Shown here one piece after another: positions 12,958 through 22,261 of a stretch of 64,000 nucleotides of DNA. Made by a program: the position numbers and the translations under genes. The notes beneath the pieces were generated by a model. That model did no database searches. It was not told the origin of the DNA and worked only from the letters and a program-made list of their open reading frames with translations. The DNA is from an uncultured Saprospiraceae bacterium (GTDB lineage Bacteria > Bacteroidota > Bacteroidia > Chitinophagales > Saprospiraceae), in contig CAZYAO010000014.1 of assembly GCA_964645715.1 (NCBI GenBank), positions 6,894-70,893 on the forward strand. The letters are read 5' to 3'. The number at the start of each line of letters is the position of its first letter. Position 1 is the first letter of the stretch.

Positions 12958-13042
12958 ACGCTTATCTCTTTTTCAATAAATTAACCTCACTTTTTCCATG
13001 TATGGCATCAAGCCAGAGGCCTACCTTGTGAAAAAGCGAACG

Positions 13043-13072
13043 CAAAGGTAACATCTTTTATCGATTCACAAA
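13043..13072 (-). promoter_or_regulatory. Bacteroidota-type promoter upstream of rpsL (TTTG-N18-TACCTTTG)
   Basis: The minus strand has TTTG at 13072-13069 and TAccTTTG at 13050-13043, 85 nt upstream of the rpsL ATG. Confidence 0.45.
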
Positions 13073-13132
13073 AGGCTGAGAAAAAAAATGTTTGTTAAAT
13101 TTAAGGATTATTTTGGACATGCCCTGCAGTAT

Positions 13133-13576
13133 TTATTCTTCGACCTTTGCCAAGCTTACCGAATTGATACAGAACCTAAGTCCATCAGGTGCGGGACCAT
13201 CGGGAAATACGTGACCAAGATGAGCATCACAAACATTGCACAATACCTCTACGCGCTGCATACCATGTGAAAAATCTACTTCATAGCGCAGCGCATTGGG
13301 TGAGATAGGTTCGGTAAAGCTAGGCCAGCCTGTACCCGAATTAAACTTGGAAGAAGAATCAAACAACTGAGTTCCACAACACACACAAGCATACACACCT
13401 GGTTCGTGCACCTCACAATACGCCCCGGACCAAGGGCGCTCGGTACCTTTTCTACGCGCCACATTAAATTGATCTGCAGAAAGTACCTGAGTCCACTCTT
13501 CGGAAGTTTTGTCAACGCGCCGATCTGGTGGCGGAGAGCCAGTACGAGCCATACGGATCACATCATTCCAATTCAT
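13133..13576 (-). CDS. msrB: Peptide-methionine (R)-S-oxide reductase
   Basis: SelR/MsrB motifs are present: CxxC (CVCCGTQLF), GWPSF, and HLGHVFPDGP followed by RFCINS. ATG at 13576 is preferred over the GTG at 13603 used by the ORF track. Confidence 0.88.
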   Translation of the reverse strand: MNWNDVIRMARTGSPPPDRRVDKTSEEWTQVLSADQFNVARRKGTERPWSGAYCEVHEPGVYACVCCGTQLFDSSSKFNSGTGWPSFTEPISPNALRYEVDFSHGMQRVEVLCNVCDAHLGHVFPDGPAPDGLRFCINSVSLAKVEE

Positions 13577-13723
13577 AGCAACTTGATTTGGACAATACAA
13601 CACTTAAATGTTCGCAGGGTTTGCGAAGTGGTGACCTTTCCTACAATACCCGTATACACCCACAAACAAGACGAGGGAAGTGTAAAGCAGGCTGTTGATT
13701 ACAGCTATACGGTGGGAAAGCAC

Positions 13724-13731
13724 TATCTTTG
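13724..13731 (+). promoter_or_regulatory. -7 box TAtcTTTG upstream of prfC
   Basis: Exact TAnnTTTG match ending 32 nt upstream of the ATG. No clear -33 TTTG. Confidence 0.25.
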
Positions 13732-13763
13732 CCGGTGCATCAAACTAAAGGCAGCCAAACTGC

Positions 13764-15347
13764 ATGAAATTTCTCGAAGAACTCCACAAACGGCGCACAT
13801 TTGCGATTGTAGCACACCCCGACGCGGGAAAAACAACCCTGACCGAAAAGCTGCTGCTTTTTGGCGGAGCCATACAGATTGCCGGAGCGGTTAAAAGCAA
13901 CAAGATTAAAAAAAGCACCACCTCCGACTTTATGGAAATAGAGCGGCAGCGGGGAATCTCTGTGGCTACTTCAGTGATGGCATTTGAATACAGAAATCTG
14001 AAAATAAATATATTAGATACCCCTGGGCACAAGGATTTTGCGGAAGATACCTATCGAACGCTGACGGCTGTCGACTCTGTAATAGTGGTCATTGACGTTG
14101 CGAAGGGCGTAGAAGAACAGACGGAAAAACTAGTTGAAGTGTGCAGGATGCGCAATACGCCCGTCATTGTGTTTGTCAATAAACTGGACAGGGAAGGCAA
14201 AGATGCCTTTGATTTGCTTGATGAAATAGAGCTAACGCTAAAACTGAAAGCCCGGCCGCTAAGCTGGCCCATTGGTATGGGGCAAAGATTTCAGGGTGTA
14301 TACAATCTGTATGAGCAAAAACTAGTTATATTCAGGCCACATAGCAAGCAGGAGCGGCCGGAGGAAATCATAGAATTTACGGATTTATCCGATCCTGAGC
14401 TGGACACCATTGTCGGATCCTCTGCTGCGGACGAACTTCGTTCGGAAGTAAACATGATCAATGAAATTTACCCAGTCTTTGATAAGCAGGCCTATCTGGA
14501 GGGGCGTATCAGTCCCGTCTTTTTCGGTTCGGCAGTGAACAACTTCGGGGTAGCTGAACTACTGGACTGCTTTGTGGATATTGCCCCTGCGCCACGTGCA
14601 CGTATAGCAGAAGAGCGGGAGGTAAAGCCCGAGGAAAAGAACTTCTCCGGTTTTATTTTTAAAATTCATGCCAACATGGATCCGAGACACCGGGACAGGA
14701 TTGCGTTTATGAGAGTGTGTTCCGGCACATTCGAACGCAACACCAACTACCTGCACGTGCGGCAGGGGCGTGAGATAAAATTTTCTAATCCTACCTCCTT
14801 TATGGCTGATAAAAAGACCGTCATTGACGAAGCTTACCCTGGAGATGTTGTCGGCCTTTACGACTCAGGTAACTTCAAAATTGGGGACACACTCACCAAT
14901 GGAGAGTCCCTGCACTTCAAAGGAATCCCAAGTTTTAGTCCTGAGCAGTTTCGCTTGGTTGTCAACACTGATCCGATGAAAAGCAAGCAGTTGAATAAAG
15001 GACTAGACGAGCTAATGGATGAAGGGGTAGCACAGCTGTTTACAAGGGACTTTGACGGAGCAAAAATTGTAGGTACAGTGGGGGCCCTTCAATTTGATGT
15101 AATCCAGTACCGGCTGGAACATGAATACGGAGCCCGTTGTCGTTACGAGCCAGTCAGTCTTCGAAGAGCCTGTTGGGTGAGCTGCACCAAGCCAGCTGAA
15201 ATTGAGCTGTTTAAGCAGCGGCGGCGGCGAGAGATAGCCCACGACCAAGACGGTAAGCTTGTATTTTTGGCAGAAAGTGAGTGGTCACTCAAGATGGTGC
15301 AAGAAAACCATCCGGAGATATCGTTCCACTTCACAAGCGAGGGCTAG
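13764..15347 (+). CDS. prfC: Peptide chain release factor 3
   Basis: 527-aa ORF with RRTFAIVAHPDAGKTTLTEKLLLFGGAIQ and DTPGHKDF. Length and layout match RF3. Confidence 0.93.
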   Translation: MKFLEELHKRRTFAIVAHPDAGKTTLTEKLLLFGGAIQIAGAVKSNKIKKSTTSDFMEIERQRGISVATSVMAFEYRNLKINILDTPGHKDFAEDTYRTLTAVDSVIVVIDVAKGVEEQTEKLVEVCRMRNTPVIVFVNKLDREGKDAFDLLDEIELTLKLKARPLSWPIGMGQRFQGVYNLYEQKLVIFRPHSKQERPEEIIEFTDLSDPELDTIVGSSAADELRSEVNMINEIYPVFDKQAYLEGRISPVFFGSAVNNFGVAELLDCFVDIAPAPRARIAEEREVKPEEKNFSGFIFKIHANMDPRHRDRIAFMRVCSGTFERNTNYLHVRQGREIKFSNPTSFMADKKTVIDEAYPGDVVGLYDSGNFKIGDTLTNGESLHFKGIPSFSPEQFRLVVNTDPMKSKQLNKGLDELMDEGVAQLFTRDFDGAKIVGTVGALQFDVIQYRLEHEYGARCRYEPVSLRRACWVSCTKPAEIELFKQRRRREIAHDQDGKLVFLAESEWSLKMVQENHPEISFHFTSEG

Positions 15348-15382
15348 AGCAACCTACGCACTCTGCCCCTGCGAACTATTTT

Positions 15383-15907
15383 TCAGATTTCTTCTTCTTT
15401 GAACCAAGCAGCGTACATCACATAGGCGTTGGCTATGCGCTCGATGTTGTTGGCAAATTGCTCCGGGCTGATTGCCTTGACCCTTTTGGCGGGCACCCCT
15501 GCATAGATAAAACCACTCTCGCAGCGCGTATTTTCGAGCACGACTGCTCCGGCAGCGATCAGGACATTCTCTTCTACCACTGCATTGTCCATGACCATTG
15601 CCCCCATACCTACGAGCACATTATCATGGATTGTACAGCCATGTACGATAGCCCGGTGTCCGATGCTCACATTATTACCAATCGTAGTAGATGCCTTCAT
15701 GTAAGTTCCATGAATGACGGCACCGTCCTGAATATTGACCTTGTTGCCAATACGGATACTATTCACGTCCCCGCGTACAACAGCCTGGAACCAAACGCTG
15801 CAATCGTTACCCATGATAAGATCACCAATCAGGGTTGCGTTTTCTGCAAAAAAGTTATTTTCACCCCAAGCGGGCGTATACCCTCTGACAGATTTTATCA
15901 GTGCCAT
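15383..15907 (-). CDS. Gamma carbonic anhydrase family / left-handed beta-helix hexapeptide-repeat protein
   Basis: Hexapeptide repeats run throughout (IGNKVNIQDGAVIHG, IGHRAIVHGCTI). Start taken at ATG 15907 (MALIKSV). Confidence 0.8.
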   Translation of the reverse strand: MALIKSVRGYTPAWGENNFFAENATLIGDLIMGNDCSVWFQAVVRGDVNSIRIGNKVNIQDGAVIHGTYMKASTTIGNNVSIGHRAIVHGCTIHDNVLVGMGAMVMDNAVVEENVLIAAGAVVLENTRCESGFIYAGVPAKRVKAISPEQFANNIERIANAYVMYAAWFKEEEI

Positions 15908-15982
15908 AAAAAAGAACAGTTGGTTATCGGCGCTAATATCGCATAAATTATGCAGAAGCAGCAACGACAAAACCAGTTCCTT

Positions 15983-16516
15983 TTACTCTCCTACAATATC
16001 TGTAAGATCCCGTGCCTGATACCACTCCCTAAGTTGCTGTTGCAAGTAGCGCCTTGCTACATGAATTCTGCTCTTGACGGTGCCCAGCGGCAGATTCATT
16101 TTTTTGGCAATCTCTTCGTACTTATAGCCATGATAGCTCATCAAAAATGGTTCCCGCAGATTACTATCGAGCGAGTCAATCCGCGCAATAAGTTCCTCTG
16201 ACATCAGATTTCGCTCCCCGCCATTATCTGTTAACTGACTGTTAATCAGAACAAAATCTTGGTAATTGCTATCCTGATGGGTTTTGAGACGTTTGCGCCT
16301 GCGCCACTCATTAATAAACGTATTGCGCATGATCGTCATCAGCCAAGCGAGCAGGTTGGTACGCGGCTGATACTGAACTTGGTATCGAAAAGCCTTGTAG
16401 GCTGTATCCTGAAACAAATCATCCGCGTCATTGTGATCTTGCGTCAGGTGGTAAGCAAAAGCCTTAAGACTTTTAGTATGCTGAGAAAACGAAAGATTAA
16501 ACTCAGACTGTTTCAT
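15983..16516 (-). CDS. ECF-type RNA polymerase sigma-70 factor
   Basis: Region 2 (DDLFQDTAYKAFR) and a region 4 helix-turn-helix (YEEIAKKMNLPLGTVKSRIHVARRYL) are present. Start taken at ATG 16516. No anti-sigma gene lies downstream. Confidence 0.85.
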   Translation of the reverse strand: MKQSEFNLSFSQHTKSLKAFAYHLTQDHNDADDLFQDTAYKAFRYQVQYQPRTNLLAWLMTIMRNTFINEWRRRKRLKTHQDSNYQDFVLINSQLTDNGGERNLMSEELIARIDSLDSNLREPFLMSYHGYKYEEIAKKMNLPLGTVKSRIHVARRYLQQQLREWYQARDLTDIVGE

Positions 16517-16555
16517 GGTTGGAAAATTTGGCAGTGCTTTTAAATAAATACAGTA

Positions 16556-16563
16556 CAAATATA
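16556..16563 (-). promoter_or_regulatory. -7 box TAtaTTTG upstream of the ECF sigma gene
   Basis: Exact match on the minus strand, ending 39 nt upstream of ATG 16516. Confidence 0.25.
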
Positions 16564-16612
16564 ATAGTAATACTATTTAAATAAAATAGTTCTACTATTT
16601 TTTACAATAGTA
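16563..16612. promoter_or_regulatory. Phased AATAGTA/TACTATT palindromes (operator-like) in the ECF/ABC divergent region
   Basis: AATAGTA-A-TACTATT lies at 16563-16577, AATAGT-TCT-ACTATT at 16585-16599, and a half-site AATAGTA at 16606-16612. Centres are about 21-22 bp apart. Confidence 0.35.
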
Positions 16613-16792
16613 TGAATAATTTAATTACTTATATACATAAAACAATGATTTAAAGTGCTTAAAATGATTTATAAAAAACAGCTTACCCAAAAGCAGTCAA
16701 CAACCACCTGAAATTTCCATTGAACAGTCATGAACAACGTCAAACATTTAGACCTGTATCGTGGTTAATTGGAGAGAAAATAAGATTACACT

Positions 16793-18580
16793 ATGCCAGA
16801 CCACAACGGATCCGGAGCCATATCTCCACTAAAGCGCTTCCTTCGTTTGCTCAAACCAGACAGGCAGGAGATCTTGTACATCTACATATACGCACTTATA
16901 TCCGGTATTCTCACCTTAAGCCTTCCTCTGGGCATACAAGCAGTGATGGGTCTCATCCTCGGAGGTGCCATATCGACTTCATTGGTGATACTAATTATAA
17001 TTGTCACCATTGGCACCTTATTTAGTGGCATACTGAAAATCATGCAGGTATCGGTTATGGAAATTATACAGCGCCGTTTATTCACGCGTTCATCGTATGA
17101 ATTGGCGGTAAGAATTCCACGGCTGCAGATGGATAAATTGCAGGATGAGTACCCACCGGAGCTTGTCAACAGATTCTTTGACACCATAACTATACAGAAG
17201 GGCTTACCGAAGATACTGATAGAATTTAGCACTGCTGCGCTCCAGATTTTTTTCGGCTTAATTCTGCTGGCATTCTACCATCCGTTGTTCATCTTTTTCG
17301 GTGTCATCATGCTTTTGCTATTGAGCACGATATTACGTGCTACGAGTCCTGCCGGACTCCGTACAAGTCTGATGGAAAGTAAGTACAAGTATAAAGTTGT
17401 ATATTGGTTACAGGAAGTAGCACGTTCGATATCAACCTTTAAGATGGCCATCAATAGTCGTCTTCCCCTACAGTACACGGACAAACTGACTAACGGGTAT
17501 TTGGATGCACGAGCATCTCACTATAAAGTACTCATCCAGCAATATTGGTTTATTATTGTTTTTCAAGCAATTGTGACAGCCATTGTCTTGGCATTGGGAA
17601 GCTATCTGGTAATCAACAATCAGATCAGCATTGGACAGTTTGTCGCGACAGAAATTGTAATAATTTTGATTATCAACTCTGTTGAAAAAATCATTACTAT
17701 CATGGAAGTGATTTACGACACACTGACAGGCGTAGAGAAGCTAGGCCAGGTAACTGATTTGGCATTGGAACCGGATACGGGTTTAGTTTTTGACAAAGTG
17801 GATACAGGTAAAGGAATTGAGTTAAAATTACAGAACCTCACCGTTTTACTGCCCAATTTCAAGCGTCCGGTTCTTGATAGTATTGACCTGCACATCCGCT
17901 CTAATGAGCGCGTATGCATTGCTGGTTACAATGGTGCCGGCAAATCGGTACTTGCCCGTACGATTGCGGGATTACAGCTCGATTTTAGCGGTTCGTTGGC
18001 ATACAATGGAATTCCAATAAACAATTTTTGTATATCTAGTCTCCGGAGGCATATAGGTGAATTTTCCAGTCAGGAGGACATATTCCGAGGCACCTTGTAT
18101 GAAAATATTTGTTTAGGCCATGAAGAAGTAGCCTTCTCTGAAGTCAAGTGGGCTGCGGAAGCTTCGGGACTGGAAGAATTCATACGAGACCTGCCAGAAG
18201 GTTATAACACAGTGTTACTACCCGGAGGTCGGGGTCTTCCACAAAGCGTACGTACCAAAATACTTGTTGCCCGTTGTATTGTATCGCGTCCAAGACTACT
18301 GGCTGTTGAAGACTTCCATTACCAGCTTGATCTGGCGGATCGCATGAATATTATCCGTTTTCTGATTGACCGGCAATACGACTGGACACTAATTGCGGTG
18401 AGTAATGATCCGATGCTTGCTATGAACTGCGACAGGATAATACTGATGGATGCAGGACGAATCATTGCAGAAGGCACAGCAGAGACTCTCTTCCACAATC
18501 CCCATTTCAAAGAAATATTCAGACTAAATAACTTTGAGCTACCAACGCTCAGCAACCGCCCCTCCGGCAGAGACGAATAA
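16793..18580 (+). CDS. ABC exporter half-transporter (transmembrane domain plus nucleotide-binding domain) lacking a C39 peptidase domain, with atypical ATPase motifs
   Basis: 595-aa ORF. The N-terminal part is hydrophobic and multi-helical. Walker A is GYNGAGKS. Gene order ABC-HlyD-TolC is typical of type I secretion-like exporters. Confidence 0.85.
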   Translation: MPDHNGSGAISPLKRFLRLLKPDRQEILYIYIYALISGILTLSLPLGIQAVMGLILGGAISTSLVILIIIVTIGTLFSGILKIMQVSVMEIIQRRLFTRSSYELAVRIPRLQMDKLQDEYPPELVNRFFDTITIQKGLPKILIEFSTAALQIFFGLILLAFYHPLFIFFGVIMLLLLSTILRATSPAGLRTSLMESKYKYKVVYWLQEVARSISTFKMAINSRLPLQYTDKLTNGYLDARASHYKVLIQQYWFIIVFQAIVTAIVLALGSYLVINNQISIGQFVATEIVIILIINSVEKIITIMEVIYDTLTGVEKLGQVTDLALEPDTGLVFDKVDTGKGIELKLQNLTVLLPNFKRPVLDSIDLHIRSNERVCIAGYNGAGKSVLARTIAGLQLDFSGSLAYNGIPINNFCISSLRRHIGEFSSQEDIFRGTLYENICLGHEEVAFSEVKWAAEASGLEEFIRDLPEGYNTVLLPGGRGLPQSVRTKILVARCIVSRPRLLAVEDFHYQLDLADRMNIIRFLIDRQYDWTLIAVSNDPMLAMNCDRIILMDAGRIIAEGTAETLFHNPHFKEIFRLNNFELPTLSNRPSGRDE

Positions 18581-18602
18581 CGTTCAAAATAACCATGCAA
18601 GC

Positions 18603-20000
18603 ATGTTAAATATATCCGACAATTCTGTAGAACATCTGATCAGAGGCGAAGATCTATACTGTACGCGCCGAAAAGAAGACTTATCATTGGGTTCCGTTTT
18701 GTTTCGCAAATGGGTTTTCGCACTATTCGCTGTGGGTCTGATTATTCTGTTTCTGCCTTGGCGGCAAAACATACAGACGACTGGAGAGCTCACCACGCTA
18801 AGTCCCGAACACAGACCACAAACTATCCACTCCACGATTGCCGGCCGAATAGAAAAATGGTATGTCAACGAGGGTCAGCTAGTAAAAAAAGGAGACACCA
18901 TTGTATACATTTCTGAGATAAAGACAGAATACTTTGACACAGGTCTTGTAAGTAGAAGTTTGCTACAAGTATCTGCTAAGGAAAGTACCATCCAGGCTTA
19001 CAACTCCAAGGCCAAAGCCCTGGACGAGCTGGTACAATCCATGCGGCAAGAGCTGGCTGTCAAACAGGTACAGCTCGAAGGAAAAATCAAACAGGCCAGT
19101 TTCAAATTATTAAGTGCGCGAGCTGACTATGAGCAGGCCAAAGTTGCATTGAACATTGCCCGCATTCAATACCAACGAGCGGACACCCTCTTTCGTCAGG
19201 GGATAGAGTCGCGCAACGAGCTGGAAAACAAGCAGCAGAAGTACCAGTCTTCCCAAGCTGAAGCAATAGCGGCCGAGAACAAGGTGAATGAATTTGAGAA
19301 TGAGCTGGCAGTTGTCAAATTGGAATTGACCAATATCAGCAATGAATACAATGGAAAAATTGCCAAAGCGCTGTCCGACAAGTATGGTACACTCTCTGAC
19401 ATGTACAATGCGGAAGGCGACGTTAACAAGATGCGTATTCAGTACGAGAACTACTCGCGTCGCAGTCAGTTTTACTACATCATTGCCCCGCAGGACTGCT
19501 ACATAACCAAAGCAGTAAAACCCGGCCTTGGAGAGACCATTAAGGAAGGAGATGCTGTTGTGAGCATCATGCCTTCCCATTTCACGATAGCTGCCGAGTT
19601 ATACATCAACCCCGTTGACCTGCCACTGCTATCGGACAGCAGCATTGATGTAAGGTTGATATTTGACGGGTGGCCCGCCTTTGTATTTTCCGGGTGGCCC
19701 GACCAGTCTGTAGGAACCTATGAAGGTAAAATTGTAGCCATAGACAACACCATCAACGAAAAGGGCAAATATCGCATTTTGGTGGGCCCGCGGCCGGGTG
19801 CCAGACCGTGGCCGTTGGCACTGCGACCCGGATCGGGTGCGAGAGGAATCACCCTATTGAACACTGTACCTGTCTGGTACGAGATATGGCGTAAGCTCAA
19901 TGGATTCCCTGCAGATTACTATAAACCTGCCGAGGAAGATGATGATGAAAAGGGCACACCTGCTGTGGGTAAAGTACCTGCCAAAAAACTTGTGAAATGA
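18603..20000 (+). CDS. HlyD-family membrane fusion / secretion protein
   Basis: It has one N-terminal transmembrane helix, a lipoyl-like segment (GQLVKKGDTIVYI) and a long coiled-coil. Start taken at ATG 18603; the ORF track start at 18534 overlaps the ABC gene. Confidence 0.85.
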   Translation: MLNISDNSVEHLIRGEDLYCTRRKEDLSLGSVLFRKWVFALFAVGLIILFLPWRQNIQTTGELTTLSPEHRPQTIHSTIAGRIEKWYVNEGQLVKKGDTIVYISEIKTEYFDTGLVSRSLLQVSAKESTIQAYNSKAKALDELVQSMRQELAVKQVQLEGKIKQASFKLLSARADYEQAKVALNIARIQYQRADTLFRQGIESRNELENKQQKYQSSQAEAIAAENKVNEFENELAVVKLELTNISNEYNGKIAKALSDKYGTLSDMYNAEGDVNKMRIQYENYSRRSQFYYIIAPQDCYITKAVKPGLGETIKEGDAVVSIMPSHFTIAAELYINPVDLPLLSDSSIDVRLIFDGWPAFVFSGWPDQSVGTYEGKIVAIDNTINEKGKYRILVGPRPGARPWPLALRPGSGARGITLLNTVPVWYEIWRKLNGFPADYYKPAEEDDDEKGTPAVGKVPAKKLVK

Positions 20001-21409
20001 AAAAGAAACTCTACATCATTATTTGCAGCCTGCTGCTGCCTATGTCTGCAGGTCTGCTGGCTCAGAACGTACGCGTTGTAGATCCTCAGACCCTCTGGAA
20101 CTGGGTCAAAGAGCAGCATCCCGACGCTAGGCGGATGTTGCTGTTGAGGGATCAGTCTCGACAGATGTACATGGAAGCCCAGGGCGCATTTGACCCCAAG
20201 ATGTATGCTTTTCAGGAACAAAAAACCTTTGGTGGCAGCGATTACTTCAGGTTTGGAGGTGGCGGGCTCAAGTGGGCCACACCTTTCGGAGCAGAAGTAA
20301 AAGCAGAATATAACTGGGCGGACGGCATCTACCTGAATGGGGAAAGAGAACTCCCTGATGCCGGTCAGGCTGTATTAGGGATAAGCCTTCCTCTAGGCGA
20401 AGGGTTATTCATTGATGAGCGTCGAGCTAACTTATGGATAGCACGAACAGCAGAACGAATGAACGACGCCCGTGCTGCCATGCTGGGTAATGAATTGTAC
20501 CTCGATTGTCAAAAAACTTATTGGGAGTGGTCATGGAGTTATCATGCGCTACAGGTCATTGACGAAGCCCTGCAGGTCAGTCGGGAGCAATTTGAGGTGA
20601 TTAAAGAAAGTTACCTACAAGGGAAGCTCCCTGCCATTGACACCCTTGAATCCTTTCTACAATTGCAGCAATGGACACTGGAGAGAGAGCAGGCAGCACT
20701 GTCTCTGGCAGCTGCAGAAGCCCAACTAGCTGTATTTCTGTGGGGTGACACAGGCCAACCCATGCCTTTGCCTGCTGACTGGCAGCCCGTGTCGCCGACT
20801 GCTCCTTTAGACACCCTAGATATTGACTCCATCAGGAATCAGCTAAACCAGCATCCGGAACTACGGCAGTATGCCATCAAGCTTGAGCAACTTACTATCG
20901 AGCGTCGCTGGAAGGCTGAGCAGCTCAAGCCCGACATCAACATTTCATACAATCTTCTTGGCGACGGATGGGGATTTAACGGCAACCCCGTTGATGGTAA
21001 TATTTACAATATTCTCAGCAACAACTATAAATTGGGGATTCAATTTGAGATGCCATTACTCCTACGCAAAGAACGTGGAGCGCTCCAACTGGCCGACATC
21101 AAATTAGCTGAAACAGACTGGCAGTTGAAGCTCAAGCAGCAGGCATTACAGGCCAAGATGGACGTATACATTGCTTCCCTTGCTGCACTGGAAAGACAGC
21201 TGGTACTGGGCTCTTCTGTTGTTGATCAGTACAGGCAACTTTTTGAAGCTGAGCGAATAAAATTCGAAGCAGGTGGCAGCTCCATTTTTTACCTTAACGT
21301 ACGACAACAAAAGCTACTTGAATCAAAGATGAAGCTGTTGAAGCTACAGACTGAGCGTCACAAGATGTTAGCGTCTCTAATTTGGTCATCAGGAACCGGC
21401 TACCGATGA
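19997..21409 (+). CDS. TolC-family outer membrane efflux protein
   Basis: 470-aa ORF with a signal peptide and two repeated coiled-coil/beta halves. Its ATG overlaps the HlyD stop as ATGA. Confidence 0.8.
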   Translation: MKKKLYIIICSLLLPMSAGLLAQNVRVVDPQTLWNWVKEQHPDARRMLLLRDQSRQMYMEAQGAFDPKMYAFQEQKTFGGSDYFRFGGGGLKWATPFGAEVKAEYNWADGIYLNGERELPDAGQAVLGISLPLGEGLFIDERRANLWIARTAERMNDARAAMLGNELYLDCQKTYWEWSWSYHALQVIDEALQVSREQFEVIKESYLQGKLPAIDTLESFLQLQQWTLEREQAALSLAAAEAQLAVFLWGDTGQPMPLPADWQPVSPTAPLDTLDIDSIRNQLNQHPELRQYAIKLEQLTIERRWKAEQLKPDINISYNLLGDGWGFNGNPVDGNIYNILSNNYKLGIQFEMPLLLRKERGALQLADIKLAETDWQLKLKQQALQAKMDVYIASLAALERQLVLGSSVVDQYRQLFEAERIKFEAGGSSIFYLNVRQQKLLESKMKLLKLQTERHKMLASLIWSSGTGYR

Positions 21410-21426
21410 GAACGAATTCGCCTTTA

Positions 21427-22230
21427 TCAGGGCTTATTGGAAAGATTAACCTGAGTAACCGGATAATTTTCACCAAAGAGATGGTTGATAGTTACTTCCA
21501 TAACCGACTGTTGCCCTGAGGCAAAAAAAGTATATAGTGGACTCGAGCCCGTATCCGGTTGCTGCAGGCCATGGGTCAGCAACAGCTCCTCTACCCTTCG
21601 AGCGACAGCAGGTGCCGGATTGATGATGGCCAGATCGGCGCCTGCGATTTGTCGGATCAGCGGCTCGACCAGCGGATAGTGCGTACAACCGAGTACAATT
21701 GTGTCGACACCTTTTTCCATCATGGGAGAGAGAATTTCCCTGAGCAATTGCGCCGTTTCGGCATCAGCCCACTTACCCTGTTCAATTAGAGGAACTAATC
21801 CAATGCAGGGATCTTCCCAGACCTTTACCCCATGAGCGAACCGACGCATTAGGCTGGCATAACGATCACTGTGGATCGTGGTATACGTTGCGAGCACCCC
21901 TACCCTACCGTTGCGCGTTGCCTGCGCTGCAGGTTTGACGGCGGGTTCCATTCCGACGAAAGGCAGGTGAGGCCATTCTGCACGGAGTACATGCAATGCT
22001 GCAGCCGTTGCCGTATTGCAAGCGACCACAATTAGTTTGGCTCCCTGTCCGACCAGGAAGTCCGTAATTTCCAATGAATATTGAATAATATTAGCGGCAG
22101 GCTGAGGACCGTAGGGAACGCGTGCCGTATCGGCAAAATAACAGAGCGCCTCTTCAGGGAGGCGCTCTGCTATTGCTTTGAGGACGGTCAGGCCGCCCAC
22201 ACCAGAATCAAATACACCGATAGGCTGCAT
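21427..22230 (-). CDS. murI: Glutamate racemase
   Basis: FDSGVGGLTVL together with the catalytic Cys motifs VACNTA and GCTHYP. Confidence 0.93.
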   Translation of the reverse strand: MQPIGVFDSGVGGLTVLKAIAERLPEEALCYFADTARVPYGPQPAANIIQYSLEITDFLVGQGAKLIVVACNTATAAALHVLRAEWPHLPFVGMEPAVKPAAQATRNGRVGVLATYTTIHSDRYASLMRRFAHGVKVWEDPCIGLVPLIEQGKWADAETAQLLREILSPMMEKGVDTIVLGCTHYPLVEPLIRQIAGADLAIINPAPAVARRVEELLLTHGLQQPDTGSSPLYTFFASGQQSVMEVTINHLFGENYPVTQVNLSNKP

Positions 22231-22261
22231 GGTAGCAAGAGCGGTGACGATAGAAATCTAC

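Noticed and set aside
16517-16792. Tiny ORFs of 12-15 aa (for example MNNLITYIHKTMI and MIYKKQLTQKQSTTT) as candidate exported peptides for the ABC system
   Set aside because: They are too short, have no double-glycine leader and lie in A/T-rich promoter DNA where ATG and stop codons are frequent. This cannot be excluded without expression data.
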